The notes beneath the pieces were generated by a model. It worked only from the letters and a program-made list of their open reading frames with translations. It did not search any database and was not told the DNA's origin. Below are positions 8,296 through 17,315 of a stretch of 33,148 bases of DNA, one piece after another. The stretch comes from Saprospiraceae bacterium (lineage in GTDB: Bacteria > Bacteroidota > Bacteroidia > Chitinophagales > Saprospiraceae), in the NCBI GenBank assembly GCA_020437045.1, contig JAGQWV010000024.1:1-33148 (forward strand), given 5' to 3'. The translations under genes and the position numbers were made by a program. How positions within the stretch are numbered: position 1 is the stretch's first letter; each line of letters starts with the position of its first letter.

Positions 8296-9657
8296 TTAAG
8301 GCCGGAGTGGTTTATCTAATTTGGCCCACTTGGTTAAGTTGTCACAATTTTGCAAGATGACCGGGTCGATTTGCACGAAAGTAGTCAGCACCTTTTCTTG
8401 TAGCCATTTGTCAAACTCTTTGACTTTCCGCTCTTCGATGGCCGCCTGTTTAATCTTTGTGTAATCTTGTTGGAGATTGGCCTGATGGGGATCTGTTCGC
8501 GATAGCAACAAGACCACTCGAAACCCAATTTCACCCGAGGGCTTTTTAAACTGAATAGGTTCGGTCATTTCACCTATTTCGAGTGAATCGATCGCAAAAA
8601 AGACATCTGCATCGAGATCAGCGGTTTCAAAAAAGGTATTTCCGGTGATGGGATTAACGACCCGGCCTCCGTTATTATAGCTTTGTTCGTCCTCGTTTGA
8701 ATATTTCTTGACGACCTCTTCAAAACTCATTGAGTCGGTAAGAAAAACGGTCCGAATCGAATCGAGTTTTTCCCGGGCTGCATCCAGGTCTTCCTGATTA
8801 ATGACCGGTTTGATCAAAATATGCCGGGTATGAATTAAGTTACCTCTGCGTTTTATCAACTCAATCAGGTGAAATCCGAAAGGTGATTCCACAAGGTCTG
8901 AAAGCTCCCCTTCCGTGAGATTATAAGCGGCTGCTTCAAATTCCGGCACAAAAGTTCCCCGCTTTTGCAAGCCGAGGTCACCACCTACCCGGGCCGATCC
9001 GGGATCATCCGAGTATTTGGTCGCTAATTCAGCAAAGTTTTCTCCGGCGAGAATTCGATCTCGCAACGATTCCAGACGTTCCAAAGCTTTCTGCCTCTCT
9101 TCCGGACTAACTTTAGGATAGACCACAATTTCTCCGATCTCTACTTCCGAACTGAAGTAAGGTAAGCTGTCTTTAGGAATCCGGTCAAAATATGTTTTTA
9201 CTTCTGAAGGAGTGACGGTGGTATTTTCAATCACTTTCTCCTGCATTTTCTGAGCGGTAAGCTGGTTACGCAGATCTTCCCGCATTTCATTACGCACCTG
9301 TGCGACTGTTTTTTCATAATAATCCTCAAACTGGGAGATATCATTGTTCATCAAGCTGAGGATATAATCGATACGTTGATCCAATTGCTGCTCCACCCGG
9401 TCATCTTCCACGATCACACTATCGAGCTTTGCCTGATTAACTAACAGCTTTTGCACCATCAGCCCTTCGAGCACATCACATTTCGCATCTTCCCGTGAGG
9501 TCCCCAATCTTTCCTTGTCATAATTATACTGCTCTTCAACATCGGAAAGGAGAATAATTTCATCACCTACGGTGGCAACTACTTTGTCAATAACCTGAGG
9601 TTGACCAAAGGACCATGCATATCCTAAAATCAAAGTAAACGTTAACCACTGCTTCAT
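8296..9657 (-). CDS. SurA-like periplasmic chaperone / parvulin-type peptidyl-prolyl isomerase
   Basis: 453 aa with ATG start and signal peptide MKQWLTFTLILGYAWSFGQ. A SurA-type N-terminal domain is followed by a parvulin domain (FAELATKYSDDPGSARVGGDLG...GFHLIEL). A second, weaker parvulin-like domain follows (HTRHILIKP...GFRVVLLL). The start overlaps the stop of the upstream gene by 4 nt. Confidence 0.9.
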   Translation of the reverse strand: MKQWLTFTLILGYAWSFGQPQVIDKVVATVGDEIILLSDVEEQYNYDKERLGTSREDAKCDVLEGLMVQKLLVNQAKLDSVIVEDDRVEQQLDQRIDYILSLMNNDISQFEDYYEKTVAQVRNEMREDLRNQLTAQKMQEKVIENTTVTPSEVKTYFDRIPKDSLPYFSSEVEIGEIVVYPKVSPEERQKALERLESLRDRILAGENFAELATKYSDDPGSARVGGDLGLQKRGTFVPEFEAAAYNLTEGELSDLVESPFGFHLIELIKRRGNLIHTRHILIKPVINQEDLDAAREKLDSIRTVFLTDSMSFEEVVKKYSNEDEQSYNNGGRVVNPITGNTFFETADLDADVFFAIDSLEIGEMTEPIQFKKPSGEIGFRVVLLLSRTDPHQANLQQDYTKIKQAAIEERKVKEFDKWLQEKVLTTFVQIDPVILQNCDNLTKWAKLDKPLRP

Positions 9658-10517
9658 TGTGCAAATATTTTGATATTGTTTCTGGAAACTGCCCTATCGT
9701 ACAGATCTTCTTTTAACTTTTCCAGAAGTGCAATTTTCCTTTTATGTAAAATCACCCGGGAAGCCTGTTCCTGTATGAAAGCTAACGGAGCAATTTCTTT
9801 TTTGTCCTTAATTTCTAATATTTTAAGAAAATAATAATTCTGATCATTGGTCAATTGAAACACCTTATTGTTTCTGATCGCATTCAAATTGACACTACCT
9901 TCTGGCATTTCCTGACTAATCACATCCAATCGATACCAAATACTATCGTTTAGATAATACGTTGTGGCAAAAGTATTGCTCAAAGATACAAGTTCACGAA
10001 AATCATCTTCGGAATTACCTTTCCAACTACTTTCAATTTTTTTAATGACATCTCCATCAAGATCTCCGGGCAACTTTACCAGATGACAGCGTACAATTGT
10101 TGACTCCAGTTGATATTGCGACTTATTTTCCTCATAATAAGTCTCGAGTTCCTGGTCACTGATCACGGTGTCCAGCAAGCTCTCGACCACAGACTTCTCA
10201 TATTGCAACATGATCAGTGATGCCTTGTAATTTTGTACCAAACGATCGATCTCCAGATCGGCGGGTATGTTCTTTTCTGCCTCATGTAGCATCACATTTT
10301 CCTTTATCCATCGGTCGACATAGGCATTTTCCGCCAAAATCCGTTCGGTAGAGTCAAGTGCCTCAGGAATCACAGCTTGCACTTCGGAGACAAACAACTT
10401 CTTATCAAAAACCTGGGCCAATTGTACGTCCTGTGCCGAACTTCTTGGGTCACAGGATAGGATGGTTACCCCGATAAATAAAAGGATCATCCTGTATGAA
10501 AGCCAGTGATCCATCAT
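9654..10517 (-). CDS. SurA/PpiD-family-like chaperone with a degenerate parvulin-like region
   Basis: 287 aa. The N-terminus MMDHWLSYRMILLFIGVTILSCD is a lipoprotein-like signal. The N-terminal half has the helical chaperone-domain character of its neighbours. The C-terminal half (VRCHLVKL...YYFLKILEIK) is parvulin-shaped but lacks the SDD...GG[DY]LG motif. Its ATG shares one nucleotide with the upstream stop codon (TAATG at 10515-10519). Confidence 0.7.
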   Translation of the reverse strand: MMDHWLSYRMILLFIGVTILSCDPRSSAQDVQLAQVFDKKLFVSEVQAVIPEALDSTERILAENAYVDRWIKENVMLHEAEKNIPADLEIDRLVQNYKASLIMLQYEKSVVESLLDTVISDQELETYYEENKSQYQLESTIVRCHLVKLPGDLDGDVIKKIESSWKGNSEDDFRELVSLSNTFATTYYLNDSIWYRLDVISQEMPEGSVNLNAIRNNKVFQLTNDQNYYFLKILEIKDKKEIAPLAFIQEQASRVILHKRKIALLEKLKEDLYDRAVSRNNIKIFAQ

Positions 10518-12469
10518 TAAGACTTGATGATGGAGTTGACCACATCTTCATTTACTTTTACGGTAAATTCCTTCATCAAGTCCTCAACCCACTTCTTCTC
10601 AAGAAAATCCTGATAATCAGCAATCACATAGCCCCTGGCTTCTTCCAAATTTTTTGGTTGAGGGGTTACGATCTCCGCCACCCGCTTAAGGGTTGTGGTG
10701 CCTTTCTCCTCATTCTTTTCTACCGCTGTCATTGAGTTTTTTGTCCAGGTTAATGCCGGATCCAATTCCTCCTTATCCCGAAGTATGGTCTGAGATTTGA
10801 TGACTTCAGCATCTTTATTAAATTTCTTAATAAGCTTAATCCCTGACTTCTTAGGGATTTGTTTCAATATCTTGTTGATCACTGCATCATCTGTGCTATT
10901 GATCGTGATGGTTTCGACCAGAGCCCTTTCTGGCCACAAATAGTTATTGCGATGCTGCATGAAGTATTCTCTAAGACCGGTAGAATCTTCAGAGGCTTTA
11001 TCCCAGACCTTCATCTTGGTCGCTTCAAACAGTAAGATACCTTCAGAGTATTCCCGCATCAATGCTTTAAATTCGGGATACTTTATTTCCAATTGAGACT
11101 CCTGATATTCTTTGAGTGAATCCTCCACAAACTCTTCATACAGGTGATTTAAAGCTTGCTCTGGAGTCATCGACCTGTTTATTCTTAAGCGGGAAGCAGC
11201 ATTTTTAGTGAGATAAGCCAGAAACTTATCAGCTTTTACGGGCTGGTCTCCAATATAAAAAAGCTCCTGGTTGGTATAGGATTCGGGCGCCGTCCATTTG
11301 TAATTCAAATAGTCATTACCTATCTCCTTCAACAATAGATTCCGATTCCAGTCCAGCTCTTTAAATTTGTTCTCATCTTTAATTTTCTCCAACATGGATT
11401 TTTCTGCCACTTCATATCGTGAGTCAGCTTTAACTTTAGCCTCCAGTGTACGGCGGATTTCCTGGTAAGGCGGGATCGGTTTGTGACTAATCCTTTTTAT
11501 AATATGCCATCCGATGCTGGATCGAACCGGCCGACTGAATTCACCATCTTCCTTGAGTCGGAAAGCCGTATTTTCAAAAATCGATTCATACTTATTGATA
11601 CCAAAGAAACCAAGGTATCCACCCTGGGAGGCAGTATTTTTGTCATCAGAATATTTTCTGGCCAATTCGGCAAAGTTGCCACCAGCTTCCAGCAAATTAT
11701 AGAGGCTGTCTATTTTATTTTTAGAGTCCAGGTTCGGTTTATTTCGGATAAGAATCTGTGACACTTCCATTTCTCCCCGGGCATCTCGCTCTCCATCCGT
11801 CATAACAATGTGAAAACCTAATTTCGATCTTATCGGTCGAGAAAAGGTCCGGGGAGGCAAGGTATAAATAGCCGTTTCCAAATCGTAAAAACCATCAGGC
11901 AGCATAGCCGTCACATACCCAACCCTACCATCATTTTTGCGAACTGTCGGGTCGTCAGAGACTTCCAGAGCCACCTTGCTAAAATCTTCACCACCTCGCA
12001 GACGCTCCAGTACCTTTAGTGCTTTTTGATAAGCTTTCTCCTCCTCTTCCTTGCTGGCATTGGTAGCTACTTTAATCAGAATATGGGAAAAGCTGATATC
12101 TTTCAACATTCTTTCGTAGGCTTCCTGCGTAAGAGATTCCAAAACCTCCCTGTCGGACAAATAAGCATTTGCCAATTGTTTGCGATAACCTGCCAATTCA
12201 GCCTGCAACGATTGGATGGTATCCAATTGCATCTGCCTGGCCTTGTGTACTTTTAGCTTAAATTTTTTATAGAGGTCTAAATACTCCTCTACTGATGCTC
12301 GCGAAAAATCAGCTTTGTCACGGTTGGTTTTTTCATAGATATATAAAAACTCATCCAGATATACCGGTTCATCCTCTACTGTGAAAATGACTTTATCCTG
12401 TCCAAAGGAAAAACCAAATGTTACTACCAACAAAAAAATGATCATTGATAGTTTTATCAAGCGCTTCAT
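10517..12469 (-). CDS. Large peptidyl-prolyl isomerase with two parvulin domains (PpiD/SurA-like)
   Basis: ORF track 10517..12514 starts at GTG. The ATG at 12467-12469 gives the signal/anchor MKRLIKLSMIIFLLVVTFGFSFGQ. Parvulin domains: SHILIKV...VSDDPTVRKNDGRVGYV...GFHIVM and SQILIRN...YSDDKNTASQGGYLGFF...GWHIIKR. Confidence 0.88.
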   Translation of the reverse strand: MKRLIKLSMIIFLLVVTFGFSFGQDKVIFTVEDEPVYLDEFLYIYEKTNRDKADFSRASVEEYLDLYKKFKLKVHKARQMQLDTIQSLQAELAGYRKQLANAYLSDREVLESLTQEAYERMLKDISFSHILIKVATNASKEEEEKAYQKALKVLERLRGGEDFSKVALEVSDDPTVRKNDGRVGYVTAMLPDGFYDLETAIYTLPPRTFSRPIRSKLGFHIVMTDGERDARGEMEVSQILIRNKPNLDSKNKIDSLYNLLEAGGNFAELARKYSDDKNTASQGGYLGFFGINKYESIFENTAFRLKEDGEFSRPVRSSIGWHIIKRISHKPIPPYQEIRRTLEAKVKADSRYEVAEKSMLEKIKDENKFKELDWNRNLLLKEIGNDYLNYKWTAPESYTNQELFYIGDQPVKADKFLAYLTKNAASRLRINRSMTPEQALNHLYEEFVEDSLKEYQESQLEIKYPEFKALMREYSEGILLFEATKMKVWDKASEDSTGLREYFMQHRNNYLWPERALVETITINSTDDAVINKILKQIPKKSGIKLIKKFNKDAEVIKSQTILRDKEELDPALTWTKNSMTAVEKNEEKGTTTLKRVAEIVTPQPKNLEEARGYVIADYQDFLEKKWVEDLMKEFTVKVNEDVVNSIIKS

Positions 12470-12513
12470 ATGTCTCGATGTTATCTTAAAAAGAGATTTA
12501 AAAAATCGGGTCA

Positions 12514-12521
12514 CAAAAATA
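12514..12521 (-). promoter_or_regulatory. Candidate -7 promoter box (TATTTTTG on the minus strand) for the three-gene chaperone operon
   Basis: Plus-strand caaaaata is the reverse complement of TAttTTTG. It lies 44 nt upstream of ATG 12469 and overlaps the rejected GTG start at 12514. Confidence 0.3.
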
Positions 12522-12595
12522 CAATTTTAACATGTAAAAGACGTACATCCTCATTGTAGACAATGCGAGCGTCCTTGCCGATTGGGTATGCTACT

Positions 12596-15061
12596 CTATT
12601 CATAGGTATATATCCGCTTCACCCGGGCAGACAGACTGGTAAAAACTTCATAAGGAATGGTCTCTGCTGCAAGTGCCAGCGCATCAATGGTGGGATCTTT
12701 TCCAAATACAACTACTTCGTTTCCTACTTGAATGTCTTTTATGCCGGTTACATCAATCATGGTCATATCCATACATATACTCCCAACAATAGGGGCATGC
12801 CTACCGTTTACGACAACTGCATAACGACGATTACCAGCTTTTCGTATTAATCCATCCGCATATCCGATGCCTATGGTGGCAATTTTTAAAGTCCCGATCA
12901 CTTTTTCCCTCCTTCCGTAGCCGACCGTTGCCCCCTGGTCTAAGGTCTTTATCTGCGACACAAACGTTTTGAGTGTATGTACCGGTTCCAGGGGTACTGA
13001 TGGTGGCATACCAATACCATACATGCCAATACCAATCCGAACCATATCAAACTGAGCGTCCGGATAGCGGATGATCGCATTGCTATTGGCCAGATGCCAG
13101 ATAGGACGGTACGACAGGATATTTGAAATTCTAAAAGCCATGGTTTTGAAATCGTCGATCTGCTGCCGGGTGAAATCTTCTTCCTGCACAGCTTCACTGG
13201 CAGCCAGATGGCTAAATATACTCATCACGCGGAGCGTTGACGCTTCTTTTAATAAGTTGATCAAGGTGTCCAGGTCTTGCGGTTCGAATCCAAGACGATT
13301 CATACCGGTTTCTACCTTTAAATGAATCGGCACCTCCACTTGATGTTGTCTAGCAAACCGGATTACATCGTGAAGTTGTTCAATAGAATATACCTCGAGC
13401 TCTAAATCATATTTAATAAACCGGCCCAAATCATTGGCATTTGCATTGAGCACCATAATCGGAGTGGTGATTCCCGCGTTTCGCAATTCCACCCCTTCAT
13501 CAAGATAGGCTACCGCCAGATAATCAACCTTTCTGGATGTTAAGAATCGGGCGATTTCTATTCCACCACTGCCATAGGCCGCTGCCTTGACCATAGCCAT
13601 CACTTTTACATCCGGAGATATCAGATGACTCTCAAAAACCTTCAAATTTCGAGCTAACGCGGCCAGATTAATCTCCAACACTGTCTGATGGCGCTTTAGA
13701 CTTAAGATTTCACTTACTCTTTCCAATCCAAAAATCCGGGCTCCCTTGACCAGGATTAATTCCTGAGAAAAATGAAATTGAGGAAGGGCCAGCACCAGTT
13801 CATCCGTATTCGAAAAAAAATGTGCTTCAATGCCCTCCAAATAGGAAGTGATCAGCTTAATATCCTCACCAACGGCAAAAAGTCTTTTGAACTGGTGTTG
13901 TTTCAGAAGGATTGCTACTTTCTCGTAGAGATCTTTATGACCAGCTTGTTGCAGCAAGTCGCTTAATACGATCGTCCTATTCTGAAGATTGGTTTGATAA
14001 TTGGAAAATGCCAGGGCGACGGCCAGAGATTCGAGGTCGGCATTATATACATCATTGATCACCACACAGTCATTAATTCCTTCCAAAGCCTCCAGTCGCA
14101 TGGCCACCGGCAGTAAATTTTGAAAGCCAAGATCTGTACTGGTAGCATCCGGATCCAAAACTTTGATCAAGGCCAGACAATGCAGGGCATTTTCAATAGA
14201 TGCCTGATCACCAAATGGAATGTTTATTGACCCTTCTTGTCCGGATTTAGTCCGGTAGTGTAGACGGGTGCTCAAGGGAGTTTGATGAATCACCTCTGCT
14301 TTTAAATCAGCATCATCCGAAACCAGGGACCAGGAAAACAAGGATACTCCCAATGATTGAAGGGAAGTGAAGACGAGCTGTTGGTCACGGCTACAGATCA
14401 CGGTATCACAATGGACGAACAATTTGATTTTTTCCTGTAGCTTTTGCAAAGGACTCGTAAAACCTTCGGCGTGCGCAGATCCGAGGTTTGTCATAATCCC
14501 AATGGTAGGATGGATGATCGGCTCCAACCGTTCCATTTCTCCTGTTTTTGATATTCCTGCTTCAAAGATGCTGAGGCTCGCATGATCATGCAGTTGCCAT
14601 ACCGACAGAGGGACACCCACTTGCGAGTTATAGCTCTTAGGGCTTTTGACAATCTGATACGATGCGCTCAGTAGTTGATATAGCCATTCTTTCACAATCG
14701 TTTTACCATTACTACCGGTAATGCCCACCACTGGTAGTTCGAATTGCTGACGATGAAATTGTGCCAATTTTTGCAGAGCGTCCAGTACATCATCTACCAG
14801 CAATACATTTGCCTCAGGAATTTTGTCTATTGGCACCGGCCGACTGACGACAAACGCTCTCACCCCTGATTGATAGAGGCCTTCAATAAATTGATGCCCA
14901 TCCCTTCGAAGTCCTGTCAGGGCAAAAAACAACGATCCATTTGATTCCTGTAACTGACGACTGTCTACCAGAAGTTTGTCTACCAAATGTTGATGGGGAG
15001 AATTGGTCTGTAACCATTGTCCATCAATGATCTCACCGATGACAGCAAAAGGATAACTCAT
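12596..15061 (-). CDS. murF: Bifunctional UDP-N-acetylmuramoyl-tripeptide--D-alanyl-D-alanine ligase (MurF) / alanine racemase (Alr) fusion
   Basis: 821 aa. The N-terminal ~455 aa is Mur-ligase-like, with P-loop GITGSNGKT and downstream ...NDVYNAD.... The C-terminal ~365 aa is Alr-like: VLEINLAALARNL, the PLP-lysine motif VKAAAYGSG (Lys codon at 13586-13588, verified), and GYADG near the end. The two halves join around 13696 with no stop codon or linker. Confidence 0.93.
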   Translation of the reverse strand: MSYPFAVIGEIIDGQWLQTNSPHQHLVDKLLVDSRQLQESNGSLFFALTGLRRDGHQFIEGLYQSGVRAFVVSRPVPIDKIPEANVLLVDDVLDALQKLAQFHRQQFELPVVGITGSNGKTIVKEWLYQLLSASYQIVKSPKSYNSQVGVPLSVWQLHDHASLSIFEAGISKTGEMERLEPIIHPTIGIMTNLGSAHAEGFTSPLQKLQEKIKLFVHCDTVICSRDQQLVFTSLQSLGVSLFSWSLVSDDADLKAEVIHQTPLSTRLHYRTKSGQEGSINIPFGDQASIENALHCLALIKVLDPDATSTDLGFQNLLPVAMRLEALEGINDCVVINDVYNADLESLAVALAFSNYQTNLQNRTIVLSDLLQQAGHKDLYEKVAILLKQHQFKRLFAVGEDIKLITSYLEGIEAHFFSNTDELVLALPQFHFSQELILVKGARIFGLERVSEILSLKRHQTVLEINLAALARNLKVFESHLISPDVKVMAMVKAAAYGSGGIEIARFLTSRKVDYLAVAYLDEGVELRNAGITTPIMVLNANANDLGRFIKYDLELEVYSIEQLHDVIRFARQHQVEVPIHLKVETGMNRLGFEPQDLDTLINLLKEASTLRVMSIFSHLAASEAVQEEDFTRQQIDDFKTMAFRISNILSYRPIWHLANSNAIIRYPDAQFDMVRIGIGMYGIGMPPSVPLEPVHTLKTFVSQIKTLDQGATVGYGRREKVIGTLKIATIGIGYADGLIRKAGNRRYAVVVNGRHAPIVGSICMDMTMIDVTGIKDIQVGNEVVVFGKDPTIDALALAAETIPYEVFTSLSARVKRIYTYE

Positions 15062-15062
15062 T

Positions 15063-16328
15063 CTATATCAGGTCAAAACCGATATCCCGGCGAAAATATG
15101 CTCCCTCAAAAGAAATTTTTTCTGCCCTGGATCTTGACTTGGAAACCGCATCTCCTATCGATGTTCCATATGAAGTTACCGCTAATACTCTTCCGCCATC
15201 CGTCACAATCCCTTCTTCCGACAGTTTAGTTCCCGCGTGAAATAGCATACCATCTTCAAATAATTTCATACCGGTGATCACTTTACCTTTTTGATAGGCA
15301 CCTGGATAACCTCCTGACACCATGACCACACTGGCCACTGTTCTGGGATCCGTCACAATCGAATGTTGATCAAGTGAGCCATTGGCAGTGGCAAGCAGGA
15401 GATCAATTAAATCGTTTTGTAGCCTGGGCAAGACTGACTGGGTTTCCGGATCTCCCATCCGGCAATTGTATTCGATGACCATGGGTCTACCTGAGACATT
15501 GATCAATCCAAAAAATATAAAGCCCTTATATTCCAGTCCATCCCTGGTTATTCCCGCGACAGTTGGTTGGATAATTGTTTGCTCTACTTTTTTCATCAAG
15601 TCAGCGTCTACAAACGGTACCGGAGAAATTGAGCCCATGCCACCGGTATTCAGACCGGTATCTCCCTCACCAATTCTCTTATAATCCTTGGCTACCGGCA
15701 AAATCTTGTAGTGAGTTCCGTCTGTCAATACAAAAACAGAAAATTCAATTCCGTCCAAAAACTCCTCAATCACTACTTTTTCACTGGCTTTTCCGAATTT
15801 TCCTTTTAGCATATCGTTAAACTCTTCCTTCGCCTCTGCTCGATCCTGGCATATGATGACCCCTTTTCCCGCGGCAAGACCATCTGCCTTAAGTACGATG
15901 GGAAGACTTAAGTTGTCGAGGTATGTTAGGCCTTCTTCCAGCGTATCGGCTGTAAATTCACGGTAAGCGGCCGTAGGAATATGGTGTCGATGCATAAAAG
16001 CTTTGGAGAAAGCCTTGCTCCCTTCTAATTGAGCTCCACTGGCTTTCGGACCAATGACCGGTAGATCGGGAAAACGATTCGCAAGAGTATCAACGAGTCC
16101 CGAAACTAATGGCGCTTCCGGACCGATCACGACCAATTGAATTTGATGTTCTACAATAAATTGTGAGATCAGTTCAAAATTTCCTGGATCGATTGGTACA
16201 TTTGTGCCCACCGAATTAGTACCGGCATTACCCGGAGCAATAAATAAATGAGATAGTTTTTTACTTTGCGCCATTTTCCATGCCAGTGCATGTTCACGAC
16301 CTCCACTACCCAACAATAGAACATTCAT
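15063..16328 (-). CDS. purD: Phosphoribosylamine--glycine ligase
   Basis: ORF track 15063..16355 starts at TTG. The ATG at 16326-16328 gives MNVLLLGSGGREHALAWK, the canonical PurD N-terminus. ATP-grasp body present (KADGLAAGKGV, EEFLDGIEFS, EYNCRMGDPE). Confidence 0.95.
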   Translation of the reverse strand: MNVLLLGSGGREHALAWKMAQSKKLSHLFIAPGNAGTNSVGTNVPIDPGNFELISQFIVEHQIQLVVIGPEAPLVSGLVDTLANRFPDLPVIGPKASGAQLEGSKAFSKAFMHRHHIPTAAYREFTADTLEEGLTYLDNLSLPIVLKADGLAAGKGVIICQDRAEAKEEFNDMLKGKFGKASEKVVIEEFLDGIEFSVFVLTDGTHYKILPVAKDYKRIGEGDTGLNTGGMGSISPVPFVDADLMKKVEQTIIQPTVAGITRDGLEYKGFIFFGLINVSGRPMVIEYNCRMGDPETQSVLPRLQNDLIDLLLATANGSLDQHSIVTDPRTVASVVMVSGGYPGAYQKGKVITGMKLFEDGMLFHAGTKLSEEGIVTDGGRVLAVTSYGTSIGDAVSKSRSRAEKISFEGAYFRRDIGFDLI

Positions 16329-16588
16329 AGTCAATACAAAATCAATGATGTGCAAAGATGCGCAGATTAATTTGAGAATTGAATTTGTGACCGTGAAACG
16401 TGAATGTTTTTATTGATTTTATTCGGTAATCCTACTGGATGGGTAGTAGTATCGAAATAATATTAGATTAATTTATAACGTAAAAATGATTAATTATCAA
16501 TTATTTAAAATTGATGAAAAATCATAATTGGTATGAAATTTGATCGTATTGACTCAGGTAAGATCAAATGGTAAATTGAAGTAGGGAT

Positions 16589-17179
16589 ATGATTGCCTAT
16601 GTAAAAGGACAGATTACGTACAAAAACCCCACCTATGTTTATGTAGAGAGCGGAGGTGTGGGCTATCATGTAAACATCACACTCAACACCTATTCAAGAA
16701 TCGAAAAAGCAGAATCGATCAAGCTCTTGACCCATCTGGTCGTCAAGGAAGATTCACATACACTTTATGGTTTTTATGATGGAGAGGAGCGGGATTTATT
16801 TGTCCATCTTTTGTCAGTTTCGGGTATAGGTCCAAATACTGCTCGAATTGTGTTGTCTTCATTGAGCCCTACAGAAGTAAAACATGCGATTTTGAGTGAG
16901 GATGAATTGGTCTTTAAACAAGTGAAAGGTATTGGAGCAAAGACCGCCAAACAAATTATTCTCGATTTGAAAAACAAAATTTCGAAAGGAAGTGATGTGG
17001 CAGTGACACTGCCGGTAAGAGACAATACTTTGCAAGAGGAGGCGTTATCTGCATTATTAGCTTTGGGATTTAATAAACAAAGTGTGGTAAAGGCAATCTC
17101 AGAAGTGTATAAGACCCACCCTGATATTGCCAACGTCGAATCTCTAATTAAGGCTTCACTTAAAAAACTTTCTTCATAA
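16589..17179 (+). CDS. ruvA: Holliday junction branch migration complex subunit RuvA
   Basis: 196 aa. The N-terminus MIAYVKGQI...GVGYHVNI is typical of RuvA. Helix-hairpin-helix motifs are present (LLSVSGIGPNTARIVLS, VKGIGAKTAKQIILDLK), followed by a C-terminal domain III (ALLALGFNK). Confidence 0.95.
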   Translation: MIAYVKGQITYKNPTYVYVESGGVGYHVNITLNTYSRIEKAESIKLLTHLVVKEDSHTLYGFYDGEERDLFVHLLSVSGIGPNTARIVLSSLSPTEVKHAILSEDELVFKQVKGIGAKTAKQIILDLKNKISKGSDVAVTLPVRDNTLQEEALSALLALGFNKQSVVKAISEVYKTHPDIANVESLIKASLKKLSS

Positions 17180-17227
17180 AGGAAATTGCATGGGTATAAA
17201 GTTAAGAGGAGAACAGATCCTGTGCTT

Positions 17228-17245
17228 TTATAAAATATTTTATAA
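17228..17245. repeat. Perfect 18-bp AT-only palindrome TTATAAAATATTTTATAA between ruvA and sprA, a possible operator or promoter element
   Basis: Verified base by base: 9-bp arms at 17228-17236 and 17237-17245 with no spacer. It lies 48 nt after the ruvA stop codon, 19 nt before GTG 17265 and 70 nt before ATG 17316. Confidence 0.5.
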
Positions 17246-17315
17246 GCAGAAGCGTAAGTAAGAAGTGAGATCAGTTTTATACAATATTATAGCTCAGAAC
17301 ACCTACAGATCTAGA

